The notes beneath the pieces were generated by a model. It saw only the letters and a list, made by a program, of their open reading frames with translations. It was not told the DNA's origin and ran no database searches. Positions 26,212 through 38,900 of a stretch of DNA of 64,000 bases are shown in pieces (within the stretch, counting starts at the first letter, position 1; each line of letters begins with the position of its first letter). The DNA is from Tubulanus polymorphus (Eukaryota; Animalia; Nemertea): contig NC_134028.1 of NCBI RefSeq assembly GCF_964204645.1, forward strand, positions 8,432,001 to 8,496,000, written 5' to 3'. Both the position numbers and the translations under genes were made by a program.

Positions 26212-26975
26212 GTATATATACATCTTTGTAGTAGGCCTTTTTTGGACCATGCGTATGAATTCAATTATGACTTCCTACTTTCGAAGACAATGCCACGACG
26301 GACAACAGTGATGTATCCGAAACTGAGAAGAAAAATGGCACCAAACATTTTCTGTTTACCCAAATTAAACCGATGCGACGTAGCAGGGACTTATCACAAT
26401 TGATGAATTAAGGGTCCAATGACCAACTTCAGTATCCCATTAGCCCAAATATTTTTGTGGTTTAGTTTCACGATCGGATATTTTCACAAGCTAAGCCCAT
26501 CGCATTAGCTTACCACCAACGATTAGGTAACTAACTAACCATATGGTGGGTGCGACTTAAGGAGTGAATTCGAAGGAAGTGTGGATGTGAAAAAATGTGA
26601 AAGTTCCTTGAGATCATTTATCGGACCCCTTTGTTTGTTTGTTTGTTTTGGCTTGTTCGGTATCAAAATTTCCCAAACTCAAAAACATGATTCCTGAAGA
26701 TTTATAACCATCGTTGAAACACTACGACGGTGTTGTGATGATGATTAGAGAATCCTCACTAATAAGATGAGAAAGTTGAAGTCCGAAAAGTTTCCTTATT
26801 TATTGATCATCGATTCATGACAGTCAACAAACGTCGAATCATTTGCTTAAAAGAAGCTTTTCGGACTTCATCTTTTTCGTTATATCAGTGTGGGACTCTA
26901 TATATTCTAAATGATTTATTCTCTTTAATTCAGAGGCTGAAATGAAAGTTTAAAAATGTATGAAGCGATTTGATT

Positions 26976-29900
26976 ATGGGCAGCATGTTGTACAGTTCGT
27001 TAGTTACATTTATATCTATGGTAGTTATCTACAGTCGTAGTGTCAGCACTGATGATCGCTCATCGGGTAAGTGTTTCGACTATGATAAAATACTTGAGGT
27101 TCATTACGGTATATCCTCCCTCGGCAGGGATTTGAACCTGATAGCACCGCTAGATTTGACCACGGCATGAAACCTGCCCCACTACAAGCATGGCACCAAT
27201 CAGATTGCCCGTTGTATAATCACGGATGCAAATTGCGTGGTTAATTATTGGTTCAAATACATGGGCTAAAATGAAATCGTCTGTTAAAACGTTTCTGATT
27301 GGCTAATATAGTGAGTGACATCATCTAAGCTACGCATGTAGCTGCGCACTCCGGCTATTAATCAGGTGGTGTTTCGGGCTATGGCAGTCATGATTCCATT
27401 AGGTTTAAATCCTCGCTGAGGGAAGATGTTATCGTACAGTTCATTTCATGAACATATTAACCCACCGGCCATCATATACAGTAGACTTACTGGTTGACTC
27501 GGTAAACCGCTCAAATAGGGAAATTTTTGCGAGAATGTTTATATATAAAGAACATTTTACCTCCCTGATTCTCCCCTTGGTATCCTATCAACTCCGTGAC
27601 CATTGGCTTTGGAACCGTAGCCAAATTGAAATATAATTTCCGCGGCTATATAAGAACAATGTCAAAAATCCGTAATAGGCCATGGCGATTAAAAATTGCT
27701 TCCAACGCGCCTGGTGACTAAAGTCTAAGCGCTACCTAATAAAGTGGAGTCGATGGTAAAGCGGTCTAAATTATTGTCGTTTATTTGCTTTTCAGATGAA
27801 GAATTGAAGCTGAGTTATGAAACAGTAGATTATTACTCGTACTACCCCCGAGCACGTCGGTTTACATCATCAACGAATCACTGGGTAATGTTTAGACTGT
27901 GTTGTATCTTAAAATGATAACTAGTGCAATGATGAATCATATTGAATTTTAGAATGGGCAAAATACAGGTTTTGGAACGTCGTGATTTAAATCTATGACT
28001 CGTCTTCATAACCATTCTTAGGCTAAACAAAAATGATACTTTGTTTCTCCTTATCGGCCGGGTTTGGCGAAGTAAGCGGATCAGAGTATTTTACCTGTTT
28101 TTAATGATAGTTTATCTCTACAGAGATCTAAAAGAGCAGTGACTGCGATTAAAGAACTTCTTTGGCCAAACGCGACCATACCTTATATTATCAACAGCAA
28201 CATAACAGGTATTACTTTTCTTCGTATATTTCCTGGCTTACGTATTAGTACACGATACAATTAAAACCATGTGTAAGTTGGGTGTTTTCGGACTGGAAAC
28301 TTTCTCTGGCAAAAGATGCCTACAAGGATGAGGATGTCAGATTTTCAAGCTTTCGAACGAAAAACTAGTGACTTGAAAAATAGAGCGAGCTTAAGTGCTA
28401 AGTACTGTCAAACCCGGTTATTTCGGAATAGTGAGAACCAACGAAATTCATCTGGTTTACGAGGAATTCAAATTAAGCATCATGTTTTACATATACCTAT
28501 CTATATATACTGGTAGGTGATCTGTAAATGATATCTCGATAAGATAAAAATTTGAACTACTGGTAAGCTAATCCGAATTCAAGCAGGTTTAGGCATGGTT
28601 TACCATACTTCTGGTTCTGAGAATCGCAAGAAAATTCTGATTTAAGTTGGGAAGCAAATTTGATGGATGGATACTTCTGAACCAGTTTATTCCTGAGAAC
28701 TGGGAAATTAGGTTTGAGATTTTGGGGCATACAAACTGTGGTACAAATGGGATTTAATAGGACTAGGTATTAGGGAATATGTGTCCAAAATGTCAAAATT
28801 TAGAGATCTATCTTTAGAGATTTATATTATGTCCATGATTCTTTAGAGATTTATATTTATCGAAATTTATCTTTTCTAACTTCAGATAGAATCAGAAGTA
28901 ACATCCATTACGCAATATCGCACTGGGAAAATTTGACTTGTATTCGATTTGTTGAACGAACAGCGGAGAAAGATTTCATTGAGTTCACACCAGGAGCATG
29001 CGGGTAAGATTTTGCAGCCATCTATTGTTTTTTTTTTCAATATTAACTCGCCTTTGAAATGTTTGGAAATATATTTAACGAATATCATTATATAGATCAG
29101 TTTTTGCTTTTACCATGGGTCTAGTTTCACTAAGCTGATCAATGTTAATTGTTGAAGTCGTACTGAAAAAATGCTACATTTTCGACAAATTTGACCCTAG
29201 GGTCAACGTAACCCTGGAGTTAGTACCGGTAGTAGTCGAAGAGCCACACTGTGACGGGGAGAATAGATGATAAGTTTAAAACCCACACCATGTGTGATGA
29301 TATTATGGGGATGTTCCGTATAGAAGATCAGAATAGAATGAGAAAACCTTCATCATGTAACTGACATGATAAAAAGATGGGGCCCCTTATAAGACTTCTA
29401 GAAGATGTACTTAAGTTCATGTCGCTTCAGTCTGATTGTGTGTCCTGTTTCAATTTTTGTCCATTGTTTCTTCCAGTTGTTGTTCGTTCGTTGGTCGTCG
29501 TGGAAACGGCGTGCAGTTCGTCAATTTGTCGCCTCACTGCGCCATAGTCGGTGTGGTCATCCACGAGATCGGGCACGTGGTTGGATTCTGGCACGAACAC
29601 AGCAGGTCTCAAGAAATTTATTTCCTATCGTTGTTTGTTACTTTCAATAGTAATTTGTTTTCTTGGTTTGGTTTTAAGAAGGTTCCTATTACCAGGTTAT
29701 GTATATAGTTTTATGGGGCGTTCGATTCGCTTACTTACTTGGAACTACTCGGGTAATATATACGAACGCTGTTGGTTGTCGCAAATAAACGAATGATATT
29801 GGGTTAACTCGCCCGAGAATATGTCATTCCGTTCAACATTCACCACCACTACATTTAACATTCTCCACATCGTAATACTTCATCCTGCTGTTGCCTCAAT

Positions 29901-32900
29901 CGGCGGCCATTTTTTCCCCGAGTTACCCACTCGCCGAGGAGGTTACTTAGGCCATCCCCGGGTGAGCTTGTCTGTACCACGCCTCAGGGGCTTCCCCGAG
30001 TTAATTCCGGGCTACCCGAGTGGGATGATCGAACGCCCTATTAATGACTTAGTCGATTTTAATACGGGACGATCTTCTTTCACATTTTCAGACCCGACCG
30101 GGATAAATATATACGTATTTTACTGGAGAATGTCAATCCGAAGAAAAGAGATAACTTCGAGCAGAAGAGGAAAAGTGAAATAGACAGTTTCGGTCAGCCG
30201 TATGACTACGCTTCGATCATGCATTATAAAGATGTGAGTGACATTCTATAACGCGTAGTCTATTAGACTACATACGTTGACCTATAAATGGAAAATTTTT
30301 AGAAAAGTTCATCAATTGCCGCTGCTATTTACTTCAGACTACATTCAGCCTGAATGGAAAGAAAACTCTGGAGGCGTGGAAATCGGACGTGGTGATCGGT
30401 CAAAGGATAGGATTAAGTAAAGGAGACGTGATCCAATCGAATTTACTATACGACTGTCCGAGTAAGTCTTGACCCTACTTCACCTGGCCTGAAGCCCGAC
30501 GCACGCGACGCGGGGAAACGCGGAAACAGGATACAGAAACATGTTTCCAAGCGTTTTCCTGTTATTTCTATTTATTTATTGTTGATTTCTATACAACAAG
30601 TAAAACATACACGAAAATGCAATATGGTAATTAATCATAGCAACTTCAGCGCCCCCTATAGGTGAAAAAATCAGTACCCCAGAGTGGCAACAGGTATTTT
30701 CATGAACTATGGGATCTAATCTATCGATTGATGTATGTTGCCAACTAATAACAAAAAGTGCCGTAATATTTTCTTCTAGAGGTCTTTTACCCCATTGGCA
30801 GGCCGACTATGTGAGTTGTGTGCGTTTACGAGAAACAAGAGACTCGTTTTCAGGAAACTCGCGTTTCCGAGATCAAACATGTTTGATTCTGTGCTTTCCA
30901 GTGTCGTGTGCGTTGGGGTTTAGTGCAGGTATTAATTTTCAGCCTGTAACTAGCCCCCTCTTCAGACATTCACGGCGTGAATTCTTGATCACAATTTGGT
31001 AATAAAGTGTCTAGTGTGCATTTAGCGTTTAGTGTATGTACTACTGCATAGATCCAAATCACGTTGTCGCAATTTGAGACTTATTTATCTGATAAGGTTC
31101 TAAAATGAGATTTACAGCTGCAAATGAGTTATGTAAACCCTTCATGTTGTATTAGTTTATGCTACAATGATAGTTTCATGAGAATGGTTAGAAAATTATG
31201 GAAGTCTTAGGAAAAAACGTACTGATTAGGTTCTGTGTTAGTTTATACTAGAATGATGAAATTATGAAATTCTTTGGACAAAAACATATTGGTAATTGCA
31301 ATGCAAAACCATCTTCGGGTTGAAGAACCGCGGCAACAAATATCTAACGCAGGTATCAATCTGCTGCCTGTACCAAACATTATCGGCCAATCACCTTTTT
31401 TTGGGTGAAGTTTGCATGATTTTCCATGAATGGCAATAAAATGTCTATGACTGGGGATCGAGGAAAAAAACTAGTTAATTTGCAAAAAAAAAAAATTTTA
31501 AAATGTCTTGTGGTCCAGACAAGAGACCGGGCTAAGTCTGGATGATCAGTTGATGATAGTCAATTGTCCCAGGTGGTATGCGGGTGGCAGTGGGTACAGC
31601 ATATCATAGATAACAGGAAATTAGACACTTAAGAACATATCGAAGGGTTTGAGTGGTTGTAATACTGTCATCAGTGTTAAATTATATATGAACTTTCGTA
31701 AGATTTAGATGCTAGCTTTAAGAAGCGATTTGGTGTCGCAGAATACAAAGATGATATGGAACATTTAGTCAAATGTTGTCTCAGCAATTTGATATTTGAA
31801 AAATGGTATGGCCCATTTATATACGTACCACGGTGAATTCTGAATAATGAAACAATCTATTTTGTGATACTGTAGCAGTAATGGATTTCTGCTCGCCTAT
31901 GATATAAAAGTTTAATATCGCGTGGCGTTGACCTTTATTGAATATTGAATATATATATATTCTTATATATCATAAGAATGCTGTTACGTATGTGTTACTC
32001 CGTGGAGTTCTCGCGAACGCGTTCATCCTGAAGGTTGATGATATTGTCTTGAATGCTATAGGTCAGGCTTGACGCGAGCGGGCTTTGAGAGCTGGCCGAG
32101 CTGGTGTGAGACACCTTCCTCGTTAATTTCATTGCTTTAGTAAACCTCTGTATGACATAAAAGAAAAGAAGATAAGAAAGTAAAAGAAGATAAGAAAGTA
32201 AAAAAAGATTTTGATTTTGTAAAAGGATCATTATTTAAGTTTGCAATGCCCTTCTGTACAAACATATAGCCTTAGAAACATTACTACTTTAAGAAAAAGA
32301 AAGAAAAATTTTAATTGGTAGAATAACAATCATTCGTGCTTGCTACCTTCTTTCTTAACATATACATGAATGCGATCAATATCAAAATGAGAGCATTAAC
32401 GCGAATCTTTGGGTCATCTTGATAAGGCCTATAATAAAACAGACGTTGAGTCCGATATGAAAGCAGATTTTCTGTGATGTCATATTTATATCAGATGTGA
32501 TAAACGTGTATTACATTTTACAGTCAATCTGCTGACATCAATTACCGATATTAGAAATTTGGGGTCATCTTTTTTATAATAGAAACACGTCACTCACTAT
32601 AGACGTGTGGATCGCTACATGAATACCAGTATTCAATGACGTCATGCTGACACTTAGTTTGCACTTTGTACCCCCTCATAATATAGCATATAAAAGTTTT
32701 TAAACAAAGCAGTGAGTGACAAATTATTATTTCCAATCCCTGTCTGATACAATCCCGATATAGCACATATCTGGTGAAATGAATTTTATTGTTCTTAAGT
32801 CCAATGCTTGTATAGGCATTAAATAGCGTAGTTTAGTAAATAGTGTTGATTTTGAATCAAAATGAATCATGTATAACAATATGAGGGTTACTGTGACTAT

Positions 32901-35900
32901 AGAAATCGATAAAGAAATCTAGATCGACGAAGTAGGCCCAGTTTTCATTGTGAGGTGAATTCTATTTTCGCGTACAGATATATTGGTCTTAACAATGCAA
33001 CTGACTCCGATTTTTCATCACGATAGTCCCCTGAACCAGCCATAAAGCCGCGATCGTACAAGCGTTTTTGACCAAATAGGCCTGTGGCTGTTTAGCCGGG
33101 CCAAATTTCGCCCGGCCAAAAACGTCGGTCCGGGCAGTCCAAGCCAAATTTTAGCGCGGGACATGATTGAACGTGAGTCACTTCTGGAACCAGTTGCGAT
33201 TCACACGCAATCATTTGTACCACTTGGTCCGACATTTTTGGTTGGGCCAAACAGGCATGGGTCCATTTGGCACCCGTGTAAACAGTAATTTCTGGCCAAA
33301 AACGCTCAAAGTAGTTTCTTACTTCTCAATGAAATATTTCTCTGACATATTCACGCATGATATATTTGTTATTAAGCGGAACAGTTGGGCGCGAGACCTT
33401 CGGGTTAATTTTCGCTATGAACCGCTGTAGTGTTAATATGTATACATTCTGTTCATAGTCATTGAGAACCTGTTTCGATACATAAAGCCGCCGTATTGAA
33501 ATGTATTTTTACTGTATGAATGAGGGACAGTTTTGCGGTTTGCGGTTCTATTACCGCTTGAAAGAAACGGTTGTTGTTGTATAAATAATAATCATGTACT
33601 TGTTCTAGATTTGAAACAATGTTTTCGGTTTTTTTACTCATCACCGGCAATGAATTTCGGATTTATTGTATGATTCGATCTTTCGGGTTCTTTTCGTTTG
33701 CGGCGCATTCCGAATAGCCGTTGTCTAACTTTGCGCTAGTTCGGAGAGGTTACATGATGAAATAGTGGTGCAATCTCCTGGCTGGCTACGAACCAGAAAT
33801 ACACGTCACTGATGATCAATAAACTCTGGCGACATGCATGTTGTGTTCACGCGTCTGCTCGGCTGGCTTCCTATTTGCGTAGACGGGGACTGTTGAATAG
33901 AATCTACGCGAAGATTTCATGCAATTCGTATTCAAACTCTCTTGTTGTCAATTTTCTAGATGAACCGTATATGATAACGTAGTATTTCTAAGTAGGCTAT
34001 GGGATGCATCAAAAATTCATGATCTGAATTTTTGGATACATACATCACCCTTCACGCATTCAGCACTAAATTCTTCCAATCAAATGATTAATCCAAGATA
34101 TATTCTAAAACATGCTTTACTGTCTTGGTCATTGATCTGTGTAAATCTTGTATTCAGATTCTAAATAGTTTATATGTGTGGGCTTGTAAACCCTACTGTA
34201 TACAGTTTATTTTATCCATCATACCTGATGATGCTGAAGCAATCTTGTTGGATTACATCATTTTTAGAAATGAATTCCTGTTGCGCGTTTGAACTTATGT
34301 TTTACGATGGAATTACTGCGCTATACAAATTAACATTATTACTATTATTAGGAATTTTGTTATTAATTGTTGTGATTTTTACAACGAGACTATCGTTCAT
34401 TCGACTCTCTACAATTAGTTTGATCCGTGGGTCGTCACTTGAACATATGATATAACTACCGAACTACAAACATCAGGCACTTTATAAACCATTAATTTGA
34501 AGTCATCATCCTTCTTATGATATGAATGCCTCCTCTAGGAGTGGTTGTCGGCTGCGGGTTGATACTTGATCAAGTGCCCGGTATACATTCGAAGTAAAAA
34601 AGTTTAACTATTTCGTGTCGCGTGTCGTTACTAAACGTTTCGTTTTTCTCGTTTTCAGAACCGAACTGCAGCGCGGTATTCGAGGACAATTCCGGGAACT
34701 TTTCGTCGCCGAATTATCCGCTGAACTATTACAGAGAGCACAGCTGTATTTGGGTGATTCGCGTTCCTCGAGGTAAAATAATGTTCATCAGTATTTTTCT
34801 GGGCCCAGTTTCACGAAAAAGTTTAAGCCTAAATACGGTTTGAGTTTGAATTGTTGTCCTCATTGAAGAAATGAAGTACCCAACGGCAATTACACCAAAA
34901 ATTTTGAGTTAACTTTTTTTGTGAATTTGGGCCCTGTTCGACATCGGCGAGTCCGTTCCGCATCGAATCATTGACATCGTGTCCATCCTGAACTCGAAAT
35001 TGTTGAACTTGCTCAAGTTTAAAACCCATCGTATACAGAATTTAAGAAATTAAAGGCGACATGTTTTTTGTTTTTTTTCGAAAAATGAGATTTGCTTTTT
35101 ATTTTTTTTCGAATTCTGTATATCGCCGGTTTTAAACTTGAAGTCAGAATGTGGCTTTTCTACTGTTGGATGTCCTCGTTTGACTTGTGTGGTCAATAGA
35201 AAAACTTAGTCCATTCTCTAGTCTGCTTTGGAGTCAAATCATCGTCAAATGGAATCAAATCATCTAAATCCTTGCGTCCGTTCAACAGTTTAACTCTAGA
35301 ATAAATCATTTGAAGACCTTTTTATTCCGGTTAAATTCGGATAGATGGATATTTAGGGTTGACTTAAACTATGGAACTAAGGGGCTTAAATATTTTCAGG
35401 CTCATGTACTAAGGATTCATTTAGGACTCCATCTTGGGGGTTTTTGCTCTGTAAGAATCGTCAGTTGGCTATTGAATATAGTCATCCCATTTTGCGATTG
35501 AGTCGAACTTCATCAACCTTTAAAACTGAATCTTGAAACAAGAAATTCAAAAAGCATTTTTTTCAAACGAAGACAAACATAACAGGTTTATTTGGTAGTA
35601 AATATATAAATGCATATAAATTTTTTTCAGGTTTTTCTTTTTTTCTTTCGAAGATTACTAATAGATAGAACCCTATATTACATATGCCGTTATACGTGTA
35701 TAATCTTATTAACAAGTTCAGTGGAAGAATAGAATGAGCTATTTGACTTAACTTAAGAAAATCACAATCGAAAAGTAAAAAGATTTTTTACACATTTATG
35801 TACATACATTTACAAATAGGTATATTTGTGGTTAACCTATATATATAGCTAATTATTTTATATACGATGAAAACTTAGTATGTATGTTTATAGATGATTT

Positions 35901-38900
35901 TCTTCATGATTTAGGCCTACTGGTTAAAAGACACGCTTTTATTTACACAAACTTACTTAACAAATCTTAAGTCCGATTGTTACGCGAACTTGTGTCTTTA
36001 AAACAATCAACAATTTAACTACACATGATTAGTGTTGAGAATGCTGCCAAAATACGACCATACATTACACAAATATCTTTATATGCATAGGTTACACAAA
36101 TTCAAACATGATTCCTTAAAAATGATTCTATGAGAAATGATAGAATAGTATCTTATTCCTAAAATATGTCAAGATAGTCGAAAAAATACCTTGTTCCTCT
36201 TTAAAAAAAAAAACAATCTTGCGATTCTAGAATCAACGCGCGAAGCTTGTGCGAGCAAAAAAGCGCGGGGCGACGTTACACAACGATTGAACACAACCTA
36301 TCGTATGCTCTTTTTGAGGGAAGAAAAAATTCGCTAAATTTTTCATGGAGTGCTCGAAAAAAGATCACAAGATTATGTACAAAATTCCTCAAGTTAGATA
36401 TATATCTACATGCTAGCCTAATAACACAGTCGAATTAGATAAACGAGCTTACAGATCATCGGCGATATTTTTTAGGAGGCTCAGAGTCCGTAGTAGGTAA
36501 TCTAAACGTTCGTACAAAATAATGTGACCCAATGTTTATGATAAGAAACATATTTTTTTTACATGATTTTGCATCTAATTGCAAGTGTTTTTTTTGTTGT
36601 TGTTAATGTAAATACCCGATTTTCTTATTGGAGTAAATTGATGATATATAGTATCATATATACATCTATATATATATGTATAAATATATATAATTTTTTT
36701 CTATCTACACATTTTCTATGACACCTGATATATGAATTGTTAAAACTTCAAACCTGGCGATGAATACATGTAGTTAAGAATTTGATCAACTTATCTTTAC
36801 TTCGTTCATACAAATCTATATTTAACAGCAACACTTCGCACCAGAGAGTCTATATGAATAGCAAAACATTTTTCTCACAATTCGTCACTGCCCTAAGTAA
36901 AACATTCATTAGTTCAACATATCATCAATTTTTCGACTCATCGATATTTTACAACAACTGTTCGCACAGAATCTATATAAATAGTTAAGCAATTTTTTTT
37001 TTTCAAATTTTTCAAAGTTATCTGCCCGAAATTTTTTTAAGGAAAATCCATTATTAGTTTCGTTTCTTCGCCAGATGATCGACTAACGCTTTCTTCATCT
37101 GCTTCGCCGTTTCTTCCATGTCTTTCACTTGTCGTTTCAAGCGAACGTTCTCCGTTTCGAGGTCGACTGCCTGTTGTTCCATCAGCTGGAATTTGTTCTT
37201 GCGGTTTTGACGCGATTTTCGCGACGCGATGTTGTTCTTGATTCGTCGTTCGACGTATTTCGTCGACGGTATCGCGTGAGGGATGATCGAGCGACAATCG
37301 ACGGCGGCGGTCGACGTCGAAGCTACGACGATCTCGGCCGAGTCGTCGACTTCCGGTTTCGCGCGTTTTTCGTCGAGACGGACGAAGTCCCACGATTCGT
37401 TCGCCGAGCGTTTTCGATCGGGTCCATTTTCGTCGATACGGTCGTCGGCGTTTTCTTCGGCGACGGAGAAATCACCGGCTAGATCGGTAATGACCGGTTT
37501 GTTCCCGCTGACTTGCGCGATCAACGCGTCCAGATCGGTGAAATCTTCGGCGCTGTCGAAAAATAACTTTTCGCTGTCGCTCGGCGAGACGAGGCAGTCG
37601 TCGCGCGCCGCGGCGTTTCCGTCGTCGGAGTATAACTCGACGATATTCGGCGCGACGGTGGCGTTCAAAACCGATTTGAAATCGAAGCCGTTTTCGAAGC
37701 GCAGCTCGGGCGTGTCGATCGCGTCGACGTCCGTGTGGATTCGGCCAGCGTCGATCATCGAGAACGCGTCCAACGATAGATCCAGGCTCGTGTTAAATAG
37801 GCCACTTGTCTTCGGTAGTGAACGTGAAAGCGGACAGGGATCCGGCATCGTCGCGGTCGCAAGCGTCGCGAGCGTTCTCCGATCGGCCAGCCCCTGTCGT
37901 TGTCGTCGTCGTGGTTTGGTATCCATCTTCTTCGACGGGTACGCCGAGTATTTTCACCCACTCGTCGTACTCGGCTAAACTGAGCGTGTCGTTATCCAGG
38001 CCGTTCAATAGTTCAAGACTTTCATTCGTTTGCAAGTGTTTTAATTTCGACGCTGCTGTAGATTGCATATTGATATTATTTTCACTGCTCGAATGAAAAA
38101 TGTTTTCGAGAAAATCTTCTAACATATATTCAGCTGGATTTATTACTTCTATTTGTTACCTCTGACAGTTTTTTATCTAAATCCACGACAGGAGCTAGCC
38201 TTCAACACCTCCTCCTTGTACTGTGTGGTTTAGACTACATCAGCATGTTTCAGTGCAGACGGCTTTATTTATACTAGGAATACCTCATCGCTAAAAATAG
38301 CTCATGAGTTCACTCTCGACCAATCAACGAGAGGGTCGTGTTTATATTTAGAAAGTGTGTCATCGACAGCCAATCAATGAATGCCTGATATCATTATGAC
38401 GTAGCTTGTTGCCGGGCAAGCTCAAACACGCTCACTAATGATCAAAACAAGTCGACTACTAACCCCATCTATCCAGTAAATGTCAAATTAAAATTTACAA
38501 TTGCTAGCATTGAGAATGAATATCTCGACATATTTGATTAGTTCATTTTAGTCACCAGTTGTTACGTATTTAGAAAGTGATGATCTACACAGAAACTCAG
38601 CCTATTAATTAAAGTAAAAACAGTTTGGATCCCTGTAAGTGATGTGAAAAACTGCAGGATATTTAGAAAATGATAATCTCGACAGAATCTCAGCCTGTAA
38701 ATGTATACTAGAATAAGAAAAACCACAAAATCCACAGAAAACAGTTCGAGTCCTTGTAATTTAACACATGTCTCAATGAAAATGACTGATTTTAGCTTGG
38801 TTTTAAAAAGGTGATCCCAAGAAACGATTTTATGCACAAATCTAGTACGTAATTTAGAAATGACTGATTGAGATAACGAAGTGAAATAGAACTTAAAATT

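Noticed and set aside
37793-37953. XBP1-like IRE1 unconventional intron joining ORF1 to the bZIP ORF
   Set aside because: No paired CNGCNG stem-loops seen, the needed deletion is 3n+1 rather than the 23/26 nt of XBP1, and the bZIP is C-terminal, unlike XBP1.
37129-38096. Plus-strand ORFs of 117, 231 and 96 aa
   Set aside because: Antisense shadows of the GC-rich bZIP coding region; low-complexity Ser/Val-rich translations.
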